This document shows, piece by piece, positions 1 to 13,769 of a stretch of 64,000 nucleotides of DNA. The number at the start of each line of letters is the position of its first letter. Within the stretch, counting starts at the first letter, position 1. A program made the position numbers and the translations under genes. The notes beneath the pieces were generated by a model, which was not told where the DNA came from, did not search any database, and saw only the letters and a program-made list of their open reading frames with translations. This DNA is from Narcine bancroftii (taxonomy: Eukaryota): the NCBI RefSeq assembly GCF_036971445.1, contig NC_091475.1, positions 15,624,001-15,688,000 of the forward strand. Direction: 5' to 3'.

Positions 1-289
1 ATCTTCCTCTACCATTGGGCTCATTGCTTGAGAGCTGTTCCTGCAAGCCAAAGTATCTGTTCTCAATTCCTCATGCAATTTCAACAGCACCACACTGAAT
101 TGAGGCTTCAAGAACATTGCTCATGACAATTGCTTCATGATCACCTCAGTTAAGGGGATGTTATAAAAGCACAAATTAAAATCATTCCCAGAAGTTCAGA
201 AAATACAAGATGCTGAGAGCTTAAAGGATGGATTTAATCTTGCTGAATGAAAGACGTAAGTCTACAGACACTGAGATCATAATAAAAAC

Positions 290-760
290 ACACTGAAATG
301 GTGGTTGTGCAGCATCCACAGAAGACAAAGATATATTGCCAACGTTTCAGGCTGAGGCCTTCTTCAAGGAATAAGCAAAAAATAAACAGGAAATCTGTGA
401 GACAATGCTGGCTGGGGACGAGTCCAGACCAACAAAAAGGTGCTCATTGGATATGATGAGGATTGTCTGTGTGAAAGGAGATAAAAGGAAAAAGGGAGAG
501 AGACAGAGTTGGGGTAGGTGTCGGTGGTTGGGAGGGGAGGGGGGCGGTGGGGATTTAAATGAAAGCCAGCAAAGTTGATATTGTTTGGAGGGCACCCAGT
601 CGGAAGATAAGGTGTTGTTTCTCCAATCTGCGGGTGGTCTCAGTCTGGCAGAGCATGAGACCGTAGCCAGACATGTGACCAAGGAAATGAGATGGGGTAT
701 TGAAATGGGTGAATCCACGCTATTATGGCAGACAGAGCCGAGCTGCATCTAGCTGTCTGC
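290..760 (-). mobile_element. Penelope-like element 3' fragment
   Basis: Reverse-strand homology to 37400-37870, including the terminal repeat. Further fragments near 9330-9540, 16000-16350, 26110-26480, 27475-27615, 42480-42790 and 52015-52500. Confidence 0.75.
334..373 (-). ncRNA. Putative minimal hammerhead-ribozyme-like motif
   Basis: TATTCC-TTGAAGA-AGGC(CTCA)GCCT-GAAACGTT-GGCAATA, with palindromic AACGTT at stem III. Confidence 0.5.
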
Positions 761-1663
761 TCCATAGCCCAAGTTGACCAGATTTATTTTTCACACAAGT
801 GAAATCAGAAAATAAACAAAGTGAAAGGCCTTGCAAACAAAAGCATGGACAGTTGGAATCCAATTTGTTCACTAGTCCATTGTGGAGACAATCCACTGCA
901 CTGCAATATCCAAACACATTCACTCAACACCTGTCCTATCATTTCCTTCCCCACTATCCAGGGACCCAAACACTTCCAAGATCAGTAGTTCTCAACCTCC
1001 CCCCCCCACCACTCACATACCACCTAGAGTAATCCCTTGGTAACCACAGAGCACTGATGACAAAAGTGCTCTGTGGTTACCAAGGGATTACTTAAGATGG
1101 TATGTGAGTGGACAATAAAAACCTTGAGAACCTCTGATCGAAGTGAAGCACTTAGCTCATTTCCACTTCTTGGCAGGCTTAGACAGCTTTCATGTTTCAG
1201 CTTGGGACCTTACAAATTGAGACTAAACTGGAAAGAAGAAACAGCAAGGGGTGCGGGAGGACAGAGCTGGGAAGCGCCCAAGAGATTACAGGATGCTGGA
1301 TAAATGATGGTAGGAGAGGTGGAAACAGATCAGGGAGGGGGCGACTGGGGAGTGAAAGTAGGTAAAGGGCAGTTTTTGTTGCATGCAGGTCGTGTCACTG
1401 GGGTTTGGTAGAGGGACGGGCTCCTGCTTTAGGCTGGAGGCGGGAAAGCTTACAGTCCTTAGCACGAGCAAGGAAAACATTGACCGAAGGAGTGGAAGAT
1501 GAAATAGAATTCGGGTCTGCAGCAGGGGTTGGGGAGCGGGGGCCAGAGCTCCAGAGGAAGGGCTTGAAGAAAACCATGGGGTGTGCGGAGTGTGAGGTTG
1601 GGGGGAGGGATGAACACTGGACAGCAGGGCACAAGAATGGGGATGGGGCGGGGGGAGCGGGGA

Positions 1664-2830
1664 AGAACTGTGGAGCACAGGGCCTGGGATCGGGGAGGGA
1701 ACTGTGGAGCACAGGGCCCAGGGATGTGGTTAGGGGATTGGGGGGAGGGGGTGGTGGGGGAAGAGAACTATGGAGCACAGGGCCTGGGATCGGGGAGGGA
1801 ACTGTGGAGCTCAGGGCCCAGGGATGGGGTTAGGGGATTGGGGGGAGGGGGTGGTGGGGGAAGAGAACTATGGAGCACAGGGCCTGGGAGTGGGGAGGGA
1901 ACTGTGGAGTGCAGGGCCCAGGGATGGGATTAGGGGATTGGGGGGAGGGGGGTGGTGGGGGAAGAGAACTATGGAGCACAGGGCCTGGGATCGGGGAGGG
2001 AACTGTGGAGCTCAGGGCCCAGGGATGGAGTTAGGGGATTGGGGGGAGGGGGTGGTGGGGGAAGAGAACTATGGAGCACAGGGCCTGGGAGTGGGGAGGG
2101 AACTGTGGAGTGCAGGGCCCAGGGATGGGATTAGGGGATTGGGGGGAGGGGGTGAAGAGAACTATGGAGCACAGGGCCTGGGAGTAGGGAGGGAACTGTG
2201 GAGTGCAGGGCACAGGGATGGGATTAGGGGATTGGGAGGAGGGGGTGGTGGGGGAAGAGAACTATGGAGCACAGGGCCTGGGAGTGGGGAGGGAACTGTG
2301 GAGTGCAGGGCCCAGGGATGGGATTAGGGGGATTGGGGGGAGGGGGTGGTGGGGGAAGAGAACTATGGAGCACAGGGCCTGGGATCGGGGAGGGAACTGT
2401 GGAGCTCAGGGCCCAGGGATGGGGTTAGGGGATTGAGGGGAGGGGGTGGTGGGGGAAGAGAACTATGGAGCACAGGGCCTGGGAGTGGGGAGGGAACTGT
2501 GGAGTGCAGGGCCCAGGGATGGGATTAGGGGGATTGGGGGGAGGGGGTGGTGGGGGAAGGGAACTATGGAGCACAGGGCCTGGGATCGGGGAGGGAACTG
2601 TGGAGCTCAGGGCCCAGGGATGGGGTTAGGGGATTGAGGGGAGGGGGTGGTGGGGGAAGAGAACTATGAAGCACAGGGCCTGGGAGTGGGGAGGGAACTG
2701 TGGAGTGCAGGGCCCAGGGATGGGATTAGGGGATTGGGGGGAGGGGGTGGTGAGGGAAGAGAACTATGGAGCACAGGGCCTGGGAGTGGGGAAGGAACTG
2801 TGGAGTGCAGGGCACAGGGACAGGGATTGG
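1664..2830. repeat. G-rich minisatellite, ~101-bp unit, ~12 copies, in a DOP1B intron
   Basis: Repeating GAAGAGAACTATGGAGCACAGGGCCTGGGA(TC/GT)GGGGAGGGAACTGTGGAG...TTAGGGGATTGGGGGGAGGGGGTGGTGGGG. Explains the cluster of Gly-rich ORFs. Confidence 0.97.
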
Positions 2831-3104
2831 GGCAGGGGGAGGAAACCTGAAGCACAGGGCAAGGGTAGTAAGGGAAAAACAGTGTAGTGCAGGGCTCGGG
2901 GGTGGGGAAGAGAACTGGGAAGTGCAAAGTCCAGGGAAGGGGGAGGTGGGAAGAAAAAAATGGAGGGCAGGGCCCAGGGTGGGGCTCAGTGGAGCTTAAA
3001 CGCCAGGGGTAGAATTTCAGGGGCAGGAATGGATCAACTGTGCACTTTGAAAGGCCTGGCTGGCTGCGAATCGGGAGGCCTGGAAGTGAGGCCGAAAATC
3101 TTAC

Positions 3105-3224
3105 CTGACGCTGTCCACAAAAAGTCCCGTGACATAATCCCACAGGTAGTCAGTGCTCAGTGAGTTAATCAGAACATTCACTGTCTTGATAACTTCTGAT
3201 GTATTCTTGTTTTCTTTCATTTTG
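3105..3224 (-). CDS. DOP1B: DOP1B coding exon 10 (gene continues beyond window start)
   Basis: [39 protein letters not shown] (human [31 protein letters not shown]). 120 nt, after a 105-bp intron, |GTAAGA donor. Confidence 0.93.
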
Positions 3225-3329
3225 CTGGAGAGAGAAGGTAAAGATTTTCATTCTGGCGTGCGTGACGCCAGGAACTGGCACAACTGAACCCGTTCAATTC
3301 TACAATGATTCAACCAAATGATCATGCAC

Positions 3330-3444
3330 CTTAACATCTGACTTTCATTCTGGCTTGATTGGATGTCCAAATCCAGCAACTGCCTGCAGATGGAGTAAAA
3401 AGCTCTGATGACTTCTAGCAGCAAGTCTCCGATCACCTGTGGAC
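3330..3444 (-). CDS. DOP1B: DOP1B coding exon 9
   Basis: (G)[37 protein letters not shown](S) (human [21 protein letters not shown]). 115 nt. Confidence 0.93.
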
Positions 3445-4480
3445 CTGACAGAGAGACCAGCAATTAACCCAGAGGGCAAAGATCTGTTCTGGTAGCTCAG
3501 CAGGTTAAAGAGCTGCAGACCCAAATGATGACCCCCATTGCCCCACCATTGCTGCACTCCCCATCCACCAGGAAGTCAACCAACATCATCAATTCTTTCC
3601 TTGCCCCCACCATTCCTCCAGTATAACAATTTGTGTTTGCTCCACTGCAGCCCAATTTCCAGGCAGGCTATTACCAATGAATTCTTGTCAAGAACTTCCC
3701 ATTAATCACTTTAGGGCCCTTGGTTTACTTAAGAGTGTATGTTGCCATACATTTTTAGATGATTTTTTCAAACGACACCCATTCACATTAAATATTATTG
3801 ATTTCTTCGTTCACTATCAGCTGGGCATTTCTGTGTTCCTAGCCTCCCCTATTTCCTGCTTGGATTACACTATTTGGCTGTTGTGGTCATGAAAGCTGAC
3901 CCACAAACATGAGCCCAGGGCTTTCCACCATCAAGAACATCTATAGGGAACACTGCTGTCAGAGAGCATCAGCAGCTCTCATCAAGGACCCACACCACCC
4001 AGCACACGCTCTGTTCTCGCTGCTACCATCAGGAAAGAGGTAGAGGTGCCGCAAGACTCACTCCACCAGGTTCAGGAACAGCTGCTACCCCTCAACAGCA
4101 AACACAATCAAGGACTCATTTAGGGACTCTTACTTTTGCATCTCATTGATTTTTTTTTTCCTCCTCCCCTCTCTATATTGCAGTTTGCCTACATTTCTTT
4201 ATTTATTTACATGTATATGTCAAGTACAGTTTTTTTTGCCTGGCCCACAGAAAAAAGAATCTCAAGGTTGTATGTGCTCATACTGACAATAAATCAGAAA
4301 TCTGAATTACTGAGCAATTCCCTCTGCCCGAGAAGTAGTGCTTGTAACAGAGGTGCAACAACCTTTTTGACATCACATCTTCAGGAATTCTTTGTCTGTT
4401 CTGCTCTGGTTACAGCCCTGATCCAGCAGTGAAAAGCAAATCCTACTGGTGCCATTATTTATTCCCTCTAAACCTTGCAA

Positions 4481-4637
4481 AGGGTTGCCAGATTTGGCTC
4501 CTTTGGTGCCAAAACGAAAAAGTGTGGCGCTTTCTTGAATCGGTTCACGGTAAAAAGCGTCAATTGGAGGTCTTAGAAGATTTTTCGGCTGTTTGGCCTT
4601 TTTACAACTTTAAATTTTTTTAAAATCTGGTAACCCT
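4481..4637. mobile_element. Small MITE
   Basis: Terminal inverted repeats AGGGTTGCCAGATTT and AAATCTGGTAACCCT. Confidence 0.65.
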
Positions 4638-5169
4638 GCCTTAGCAGTCATTGGAAAAACCCCTGGATTTATAAGAACACGTGGCACCTTTAACCACTGC
4701 AGTGCTTCTGTCGAAGGTACCCCCTGCTGAGGAGGGAGTTCCGGGGATTTGGACCTAGTCACCATGAAGGACTTGGCTACGTATTTCCAAGTTCAAATGT
4801 TGTGGGACTTGGACTGAACCTGCAGGAGGTGGCCTTTCCATGCTCTTTCCCTTCCTTGTGGTAAAGGTCAGAGATTGGAAAGGTGCTGTTGGAGGAGCTT
4901 CAGCAACTGACAGATACATAGCCAGTATCTTCTGTAGCTGTGGACACAGCGATGCTTAATGAGCTGTATCAGGAGTCGATCTGTGTCACTTTGTCCCACA
5001 CGATGCCAAACGAAAAGCATCATACTGAAATTTCCTTCCATCAGGCCTGCACCTAATATACATGTAGGTTTCTTAAGAAACAACAGGAGTAGAGCATTTG
5101 GCCCATCAAGTCTTCTCAATATTTAACAAAATCCTAAATCTACTCCCCCAACTATTGAGGCTATGTCCC

Positions 5170-5816
5170 TGTAATGGAGGAGTAAAACCATGTACCCAGA
5201 TGCTTTTTGCTTATGTGGAACTGACGACACTGGGTCCACACGCAGGTCACCTTACTTTCAGAACTAGCAGATGTAATTAAACTCAGCCATGGGGACTTAT
5301 CTGAAGATACACTTTGAAATGGAATTCCACTGTGAGGCCCAGGGAAAGCAGTTGTCAAATGCAACACTCTGAAATTGACGAATTGGTCACAACCTGTCTT
5401 GCTCGAGAAGTTTTAATAAGTCTTTGTATCTACAAGATAAACCAGGAAATCATAACATCCTGGTTCCATAATAATTAATCTTCTAAATTGTAGAATGTAA
5501 TGTTCAGTTTTGATTTTGACTGACAAATATTAGAAGGAGTAGGCGCATGATTAATTGTTTTTGGGGTATATAAGCCTGTGGTCCTGCTGCTGAAGTTTAG
5601 ACTCTCCGAGGGGTGGGAACACCCCTTGTCAAGAAGGAAGAACAGCCAGAGTCCAAGCAACGTCCCAGTCAGGGGAGGTGGAGAAGCTGCTACCAGCGCC
5701 CTGACAACCTACTACAAGTGTGCAGTCGTTGCCTCGCTTCGGCAGTTGGGACCAGTCCAAGCGTTGATAAGTATAGTTGGGAAGGGCTTGCATATTGTAG
5801 TGTGAAATCAGCTTTT
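5170..5816 (+). mobile_element. 3'-truncated LTR of the same family, with a divergent U3
   Basis: Starts TGTAATGGAGGA. Region 5560-5816 matches the copies at 43.4 kb and 60.0 kb. TATATAA near 5568. Interrupts a CR1 fragment. Confidence 0.85.
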
Positions 5817-7723
5817 GTCTCATCTACTAGTGGAAACAACTTTCTAGCCTTGATCTTATCAATTCCTTTCAAAATTTTACGTTTCTATAAAGATCCTCTC
5901 TTATTCGTCTGAATTCAAGCAAGTAGAGTCCCCAAGAGAACAGATGGGCAAATTCCCTGAATCTGCCACCCATGAGGCAAGAAAACATCTGCAATCATCT
6001 GCCCAGAACTGCAATGGATCAGATCTTCCTTTCCAACAGCAGAACCCCTCCATTGCGCCTGCATTTAGGTGGTGTTGCTAACCTCCCTCCCATCTTGTTC
6101 ATTGGTGCTGCCAATTGTGCCTGGGGAACAGATCTGGTGGCATGGCCCAGAGGCCTTCATTGTCTATAGAAATGGAAGCAATCCCATTCAACAGGACTGA
6201 TCCATCTCAGTGCACTCCTAGGATCGTGTGACACCTTCCACCTTTCCCGCTGACAGTTGCCCATCTTTTACTCACTGCTTTCCCAAACCATGTTAATATG
6301 ACCACCTTGCAAGGTTTCATTTCAATAATTACCAGCCCTCCTTGCTGGTCAAACTCTTGCCACTTCCAACTCATTGATGGAGATTGATGGACAGAGTGTT
6401 CCTTTCTCTCACCTACTTTCCTGGAAGCAACTGTACAGGCAGTTGTACTAAACATTGTCCAGGTTACACTTTGAAGTATTGTGTGCAGAGCTGGTCACCA
6501 CGCCACAGGATGTGGTAGCGTTAGGAAAGGTGCAGAGGAGATTCCACAGCACATTGACTGGAATGGAGGGCATTACCTCCAAGGAGAAATTGGTCATGCT
6601 ATGTTCATTCTCATTGAAACACAAGAGGCTGAGGGGGTAACCTTACGGCAGTTTATAAAATCATAAAGGACATGAATAATCAGAAACTCCCCTATCCCCC
6701 CAATGAACAGGCTCCCAGAGGGTTGTAAACTTGGTCATCCCCATCATGCGCATTAGTCCTCCCTCCATTAAGGGCATCGTTAAGAAGCAGGACCTCAAAA
6801 AAGCAGCTTCTATCATCAAGGACCCTCACCACCCAGCCCATGCCCTTTTCTCACTGATACCATCAGGAAGGAGGTGAGCCTGAAGACACACAATGCTACA
6901 AAAACAGCTTCTTCCCCTCTACCATGAGATTTCTGAATGGACAATGAACCACAGACACCGCCTCACTTTTCTCCTTTTTACACAAATTATTTATTTTCTT
7001 TTAACTCTTGTATTTACGGAATTGTAATTTATAGCTATTTTGCACCTTGTAAAGAACAATACCGCTGCCGCAAAACAACAAATTTCATGACATGTTCGTG
7101 ACAATAAACCCGAATCTGATTTTGAAGTTTAAGTTGAGAGGCAAAAAAATGTCAAGATTTGTAGGGATACGTTTTTCCATACAGAAGGTTGGAGGGAACG
7201 CGCTACTGGAGTGGTAGTGGAAGCAGATATAATGTTTAATAGGCATTTGGATAGGTACTTGAATGGGGAAGAGTAGAGGATGATAGGCCTAATGTGGGCA
7301 AATGGGATTGGCGTAGATAGGCATCACTCTGGCCATGAATGAGTTGGGCCACAAGGCCCATTTTTTCTGCTGCACAACTCTCACTCCAAGTCATTCAATT
7401 TCCCCTTCCAGGGAAGAGTCTCATTATGAGGAGAAGTCTGAGTCTGAATACATCTTCTCTCGTCCAATATCACTGAACTACTCTGTTGTCGAGAGATCAA
7501 TCAACTCAGCTCCAGACCAGGGATCAGCAATATGGCTTTTTACATACGTAATTTACTAAAGGTTATGCACTTTTGATTATTATACATTTTGACATCGCTT
7601 TTATGAGTGAAAAAAAAAATGGGAACGAAATAAGTCAGGAAAGAAAATTGGGTTTGTTTCAATTCCAGGAACCAAATTTGTATGCCAAACACCTAACGGG
7701 ATAAAGAAAACATTCTGACTCAC

Positions 7724-7838
7724 CCAAGTCAGGTTTATCAAGCAGACTTGTTAGAATCCGAAATGGTTTCAGATGTGCTTGAGGTCCATGATCCTGGTCA
7801 AGATCAGGGTTCACCTGTTGCAAAGATTTTATCATTGC
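7724..7838 (-). CDS. DOP1B: DOP1B coding exon 8
   Basis: AMIKSLQQVNPDLDQDHGPQAHLKPFRILTSLLDKPDL(G), with the conserved LKPFR..SLLDKP motif. 115 nt, AG/GT flanks. Confidence 0.94.
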
Positions 7839-9172
7839 CTGCAAATAAAAGCAAATTGGTTGCAAAAAGCAATTAATTAATGGTCAAGTCTATTTTATGG
7901 ATCAACTATTACGACTGGATTTTAATTCCACAGCTTGAAAGAAGAAAACAATTCTCTACTTTCTTGCCAATGACCCATCTACTTCTCGCACTAAATTATT
8001 TTCCTTGCTTCATTTCATGCTGTAGAAGAATTAATGCTTTGCCTTTCATCAGTTAACAGCAAAATAACTAGATACGGTATATATCGGTGTATAATCCGAC
8101 TGGATAAGGTGAATCCCCCCAGAATTTCCACCTAAAATGTACGTTTTGAGCTATACTCCCTGTATATTACAGCGCTGACCAGTGGAGAGATGTTGCTAGA
8201 CACATTTAATATACTAATTCACAATATTTTAAAAACAAATTACCCAGTAAAGATTTACATTTTAAAATACACCACCGCCGGCTCCTTTAACAGACTGTTT
8301 AAAGCCTGTACTGAACTGACAGCAGTTGAACTGAGTGGATGGGCCCCACGGGGGAGCGCTAAGATTCCGCTGTTCCAAATTGCAACGGTTTTATGGTGTA
8401 AGATATGTTAAACAGATTTATAGTTTATTTCTATTCTTTTGATATAAGATTCTGATTTTACACTTGGCGTACAAGATGACCCTCGCTTTGGGGCGCCATT
8501 TTTAAGTTTCAATACCACCTTATACGCCGACATGTACAGAAGCTTATATACACTTCCCAAGGTGGTGGAGAAGGGCAAGGCCACCGGCCCCTTCTCGACA
8601 TATTGCAGGAGCATCAATGAATGTCCTCTCTGGCTGCATCGTTGGGTGGTACGGTAGTTGCAAAGTATCTGGCCACAATTCGATAGAGGGGATAATTAAA
8701 AAGGCCAAACAGATCACTGGGGTTTCCCTTTCCTTTATTGACAATGTTTACCAAGAGAGTTGCACAGACAGGGTTCAAAGAATTACTGAGAACCCTTTCA
8801 TCCAGCACATATTATATTTGACCCTCTAACATTTAGGAGGTACGGAAGCATCAAAATCAGGCTGCCAGGCTGGGAAATAGCATCTTCCCGTAGGCTGTGA
8901 GATTGAAGGTCATCCTACAACCTTTAAAATAATATGGATAAAGTATTCAAAGATATTTGCTTTATATTATTCATATGTGATTATTACATGTGTTTGTGTG
9001 TGCACTGTTGTCCAGAAAAAATCTATTGTTTTGTCTGGTTGTGTATGTACAGTTGGATGATGATAAACTTGGGGGAAAAAATGACATTTGAACCATATCT
9101 AACTTAGAGAGAGCAGGACACAAATCCACACATGACCTCACTAATAAACCCATCAGGCACAAATGTACTCAC

Positions 9173-9276
9173 TCGAACCAGCAAATCCCTGGAATGTTCA
9201 TCAAAGTAAGTCTTGCCTTCATCTTCTGAAGGGACGTTCGTATCTGAAGTCATCAAACCTCCTTTGATATCTGTTC
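9173..9276 (-). CDS. DOP1B: DOP1B coding exon 7
   Basis: (G)TDIKGGLMTSDTNVPSEDEGKTYFDEHSRDLLVR (human GSDIKG...YFFEKYSKDLLVE). 104 nt, |GTGAGT donor. Confidence 0.92.
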
Positions 9277-9406
9277 CTGAACAGTCCAACATGAACCATT
9301 ATTGTCACAATCACAGGGACCACAGCACATTAGCACAAAGCAAGCTCAAACTCATTCTTCCCTCCTCAACCCACCCTTTTATTCCGACACCTGCCTGCTT
9401 CTCGCT

Positions 9407-9447
9407 CATACCTTGATGAAGGGCTCAGGCCCGAAATGTTGGTTATG
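9407..9447 (+). ncRNA. Putative minimal type I hammerhead-ribozyme-like motif in a PLE terminal repeat
   Basis: CATACC-TTGATGA-A-GGGC(TCAG)GCCC-GAAA-TG-TT-GGTTATG: stem I, core box (U instead of C at position 3), stem II, GAAA, UH site. Confidence 0.5.
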
Positions 9448-10647
9448 TACTTTGCATCCTATGGACGCTGCTGGACCTGTTGAGTTTCTCCAGCACTTTT
9501 GTGTATTTATTGCAATCACAGTGTCTGCAGACTTTCTGTCCACTTATTTGGAAATCCTAATGAGTAAGCATCTGACAAATCCCGGATGCCAATTCCTAGC
9601 CTCCCTTTCACTCACGGGGCCACTGATAAATGTACCACTTCACCTTCTAATATCTCATAGTCCAGGGTTGGCACTAAATTCCGGAACCTTCAGATGAGTG
9701 TTAATTTTACTCTATTTGCTTTTGAAATTAGGCAGGCAAGAAGGATAACAGTGCAGGGTATTTCCATGTATCAACTATCCATAACTTAGGATCGTTAACA
9801 AGAAAAATTCAAAACTAGAATCTATAAGCAGCCCTCACGTGAGGATCGAGCACATGCTTAACTCAAAAAGAATTTTTTAAAATGAGAAATTAAATAAACA
9901 ACAAAAACGGAAATCAACAGTGATGAGGTGGATTTTCAACAAACTTGGAGTAAATATTACCAACAAACTGTCCTGGTTCAAACACATAAACTCTTCAACC
10001 AAGAAAGTGCACCGACTCCTACTTGCTCAGAGGATGAAGGAAATTCAACGTGCGTTTTGAGGTCTCTTGCCAACTGTTACTGATGCCACGGCAAGTATCC
10101 GGTCCTGGTGCCTCACAGGAAGTGCTCTGCCCAAGAGCGCAAGAGTCAAGAACGCAACTCACGCCATCGCACAGGCCATCCTCCCCTCATTGACTCTGTT
10201 TACACCTCCCGTAGCCTTGAGAAAGCTGTCAACAGTTAAACGTCCCATCTGTGCTTTTCTCTAAACCCTGCATTTTAATTTACTGTAACAATTTATTGTT
10301 GCATTTAATTTTTTTTAAATCAGAACTACACCGCAATAACAGGCCCTTCCGGCCCATGAGTCCACGCTGCCCCCATGTGACCACTAAACCTACTAACCCC
10401 GCATATCTTTGGAACATTGTAACACTCGGAGAAAGCTCACGCAGATCAAGGAAGAAGGTACAAACTCCTTACAGACAGCTGTAGATTCAAACCCAGATCG
10501 CTAGCACTGTAACAGCATTGTGCTAACCACTACACTGTGAGATAAGGTTGGAATGATTTGCTGAGAAAGCACACAATACAAAGCTGTTCACTGTTTCTCA
10601 GGACAAGTGACAATAAACAATTCAACATTGAAAAACTGATTTTATAC

Positions 10648-10771
10648 CCAATAGCCACGCATATAGTCGTCTATTCAAAGACATGTCCCTTCTCAGTATG
10701 GCATGAAGGGCATCAGCGAGAACGTGCACCATCTCCGCCCTCGTCATTGGGATAACAGATTTTGTTGGATC
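10648..10771 (-). CDS. DOP1B: DOP1B coding exon 6
   Basis: DPTKSVIPMTRAEMVHVLADALHAILRRDMSLNRRLYAWLL(G), containing the conserved RRDMSLNRRLYAWLLG motif. 124 nt, AG/GT flanks. Confidence 0.95.
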
Positions 10772-12280
10772 CTGGGAATAAAGGGGAGATAAAGAGGCAC
10801 AGATTTCACCAACTTGGCAAATTTGTCACACAAGTTTTTTTAAAAAAGAGTCTGATACTTTTATTTAATAAGCATCCTTAATTCCATTCAAACTTGGAAA
10901 AAAAGAAACTGAGCAAAGACTGGATCGCATGGGAGAAAACCGCTGAAGTTTCAGGCTGGAACCCTGGCCATTCTTTCCCCCTGCCCATGGATGCTGCCCG
11001 GCCTGAGGAGTGAGTTCCTCCAGCAGTTTGTCTGTTGGTCCAGAAAGTGAATGAAAGGACAACTTCAAATCAATGAGCTGAATGCAGTTCTTTATTGGTG
11101 GTAGTGTTTGAATGAGGAATAGAAGTGACAGGACATTAGCTTGGGAATGGAAAGCATATACTGGGTGGTCAAAACACAATGCCATCTCAAAAATAAAGTA
11201 CCATTGTCCATGCTAGCCTCCAACTGAACACCTGTTCTGTCATAAGTATAGTTGGAAAGAAGGGTAAGGCACACATTAACAAAGCTTACACTGTGAGATT
11301 GCTCAGCTAAATAAAATAGGACCATTACTCTTGAACATCACCATTATATTTCACATGCCTCCCTGCTTTTCACTCACATCTTGATAAAGGGCAGGCCCAA
11401 AATGTCGGCTATCCTTTACTTCCTGCAGATGCTACAAGACTATTGAGCTTCTCCAGCACCTTTGTGCACTACCCCGTTACTTATATGTCTGCACTGCAGC
11501 AAATCACAACCAATCACATCTTTTGCAACAAAACTAAAGGGCAAGTGGATTTTAATCTCCCAAAATTAAGCCACAATAAGACAGCAGGTTTTAAATTATC
11601 TGCACACTGACACGGCCCAAATCTTCTGACCAACCTCATATACTTGTATCAAAATCATAATGGTGGCATCAAATTCAGGTTTTGGGATAAAAATATGGAT
11701 TCAACAGAACTTGGTCAACCATACAATTCTAAACGGACCCAGTGTTTAATGAACATAGTCCTGGTCATAGCTTTCTTTTAATACAATAGGTCCCAGTGTG
11801 CAACTTGAACCGCCAAATAAAGCATCTGTTTATAATCCAACGGCCAATGGTTAATGCTAGGAGTACCACAACACTTCACATTTCCAGTATCTCTTGCAGA
11901 ATTCCCAGTAAGATGTGCTTGAGAACACAAACACACTGTTTCTGTCCTGCTGTTATCAGTTTCAAATGGACCTCTTATTTGGTATGGTGTCCTTACCCTA
12001 TTTTAACAGTACTTTTCTCTATATCCTGCAGTGTTTTTGTAACCGGACACCCTGCAGTTTTATTACGGTACTGCCTACTGCATTAAGTATGGGTTTACTT
12101 GCCTGGATAGCACAGAAAACAGAAGATTTTCACTGCACTTCAGTACAATTCAGTTTGTGATGACTGCTGTGAATTGCATCTTGTTACTTACTTTCTACAA
12201 GTTAAAAATGCTTTAGAATTGAAAGAGAAATTGTGTTGCAACAGAGCTCAGAATTTAAAACGAGCATGTTAAACTCTTAC

Positions 12281-12379
12281 CAGGCATGTGCACAGTGGAA
12301 AGAAGTAAAATAAAATTTCTAATGCGTTGCGTTGAACAAGAACATTCGAATCCTGCACAGAGGCACACAAGCCTTTCAT
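12281..12379 (-). CDS. DOP1B: DOP1B coding exon 5
   Basis: [33 protein letters not shown] (human [33 protein letters not shown]). 99 nt, TTTCTCTAG| and |GTAAGA. Not in the ORF track. Confidence 0.94.
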
Positions 12380-13769
12380 CTAGAGAAAAAAAAAATCAAC
12401 AAATTAGAACAGTAAAAAAAAAACCATGTTTTATCCCTTCCATTATTCCTTTATTTGTCCTGGGACAATTCCAGGGAGAGGGACGAGCTTCCAATCATAA
12501 TAATTCAGCTCCACACGTTGGGTGGTTCGAATCTGACTGCCCTTCACCTTACATTGCCATCGATAAGCTCACTGACTTTACCCAACTCTTTCTTCCCTTG
12601 ATTTTTTTTTTGTGTGTTTCCATCAAACTAGGGTACTGTCCCCTATCATAACCAATCCCCCTCCCCGCTTTTCTCAATTGTACGCAGGTGAAAAAAAATA
12701 AAGACAATGCTGTTTATAAACCAAAATGCACAGAAAACCTGCAAGGCCACTTTAGATTTATTCATTTCAACACAAATTATTTCTTTGTATCAACAAGAAC
12801 ACATTGGGCTGCAGTTGTTACTTATGTTAGATGCAAAGCAATTCAGACTTGATTCCACTTTTGGTTGACGCACCAATTCAAAAGGAAGTTATGTTGTACC
12901 AATGAATATCCTTTCATTTCTCTCAAGAACCAATATGTGGATTTCCAGAAATTTAAAAAAAAAATTTCTGTTAAAATTACAGGAAGCCTTATTACAAGGG
13001 CCCTCGGGGAAATGTTTTACAAAAGGCCCAAACTCTGAAGGACCCTTGACTGAATCCAGCTGATTTTTATTCCTTTCTGTAGGCAGCTGCCTGCAGACTG
13101 CCTCGCACAACGTGCACAGCGTGTGTGGGACACCATGCAACACGGACGCCATGAGAATGCGCGAGGGGGCAACTGATAAAACCCCCATCGAGAGTGGAGC
13201 ACGGGAGGAGCGGCTGTTTCCCCCTCCCTGGGACTCGCAGCTTTACTGCGCCTACTTTTATTTAATAAAGTGTTTGGTTTTTCAGTAGCTCTGGCCTCCT
13301 GTGCTTTCACTGACCACAAAGCACATACACTTTCCTTTTATAAAACCATGAGGGGCACAGACAAGGTAAATAGTCAATTTTATTGTCGTTGGATTGTACA
13401 AGTATAACTCGATGAAACGGAGTTCTCCAGTACAAAACATGCAGACACGCAACCGTACGCAAATAATACATATGCAGGACACATATTTTATCTATAAAAA
13501 TAAATAAATATTGATTTGTACAAATGAAAGTGTCAGAGTCTAGTCATAAGCCTCTTTCCCTTGGGTAGGGGAATCTAAAACTCAGAGGGAAGTGAGAGGG
13601 GACCTGTGCAGCATTTCCCTTCTCCCCCTCCCCCCACCCCCATGCCTTCCCACACACAAGAGTGTAGTGAATTTGGGGAACAAGCTGCCAGACGAAGTGG
13701 TAGAAGCAAGGACAACTATAACTGTTACAAAGGTATTTAGATAAGTATGTGGATGCAAAAGCTTTAGAG

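Noticed and set aside
1-3100. A further DOP1B exon (expected ...VSELCALLVFLLDVIPL)
   Set aside because: No matching translation was found by eye, so it is probably outside the window.
1395-3143. Cluster of Gly- or Pro-rich ORFs
   Set aside because: Translations of the G-rich intronic minisatellite.
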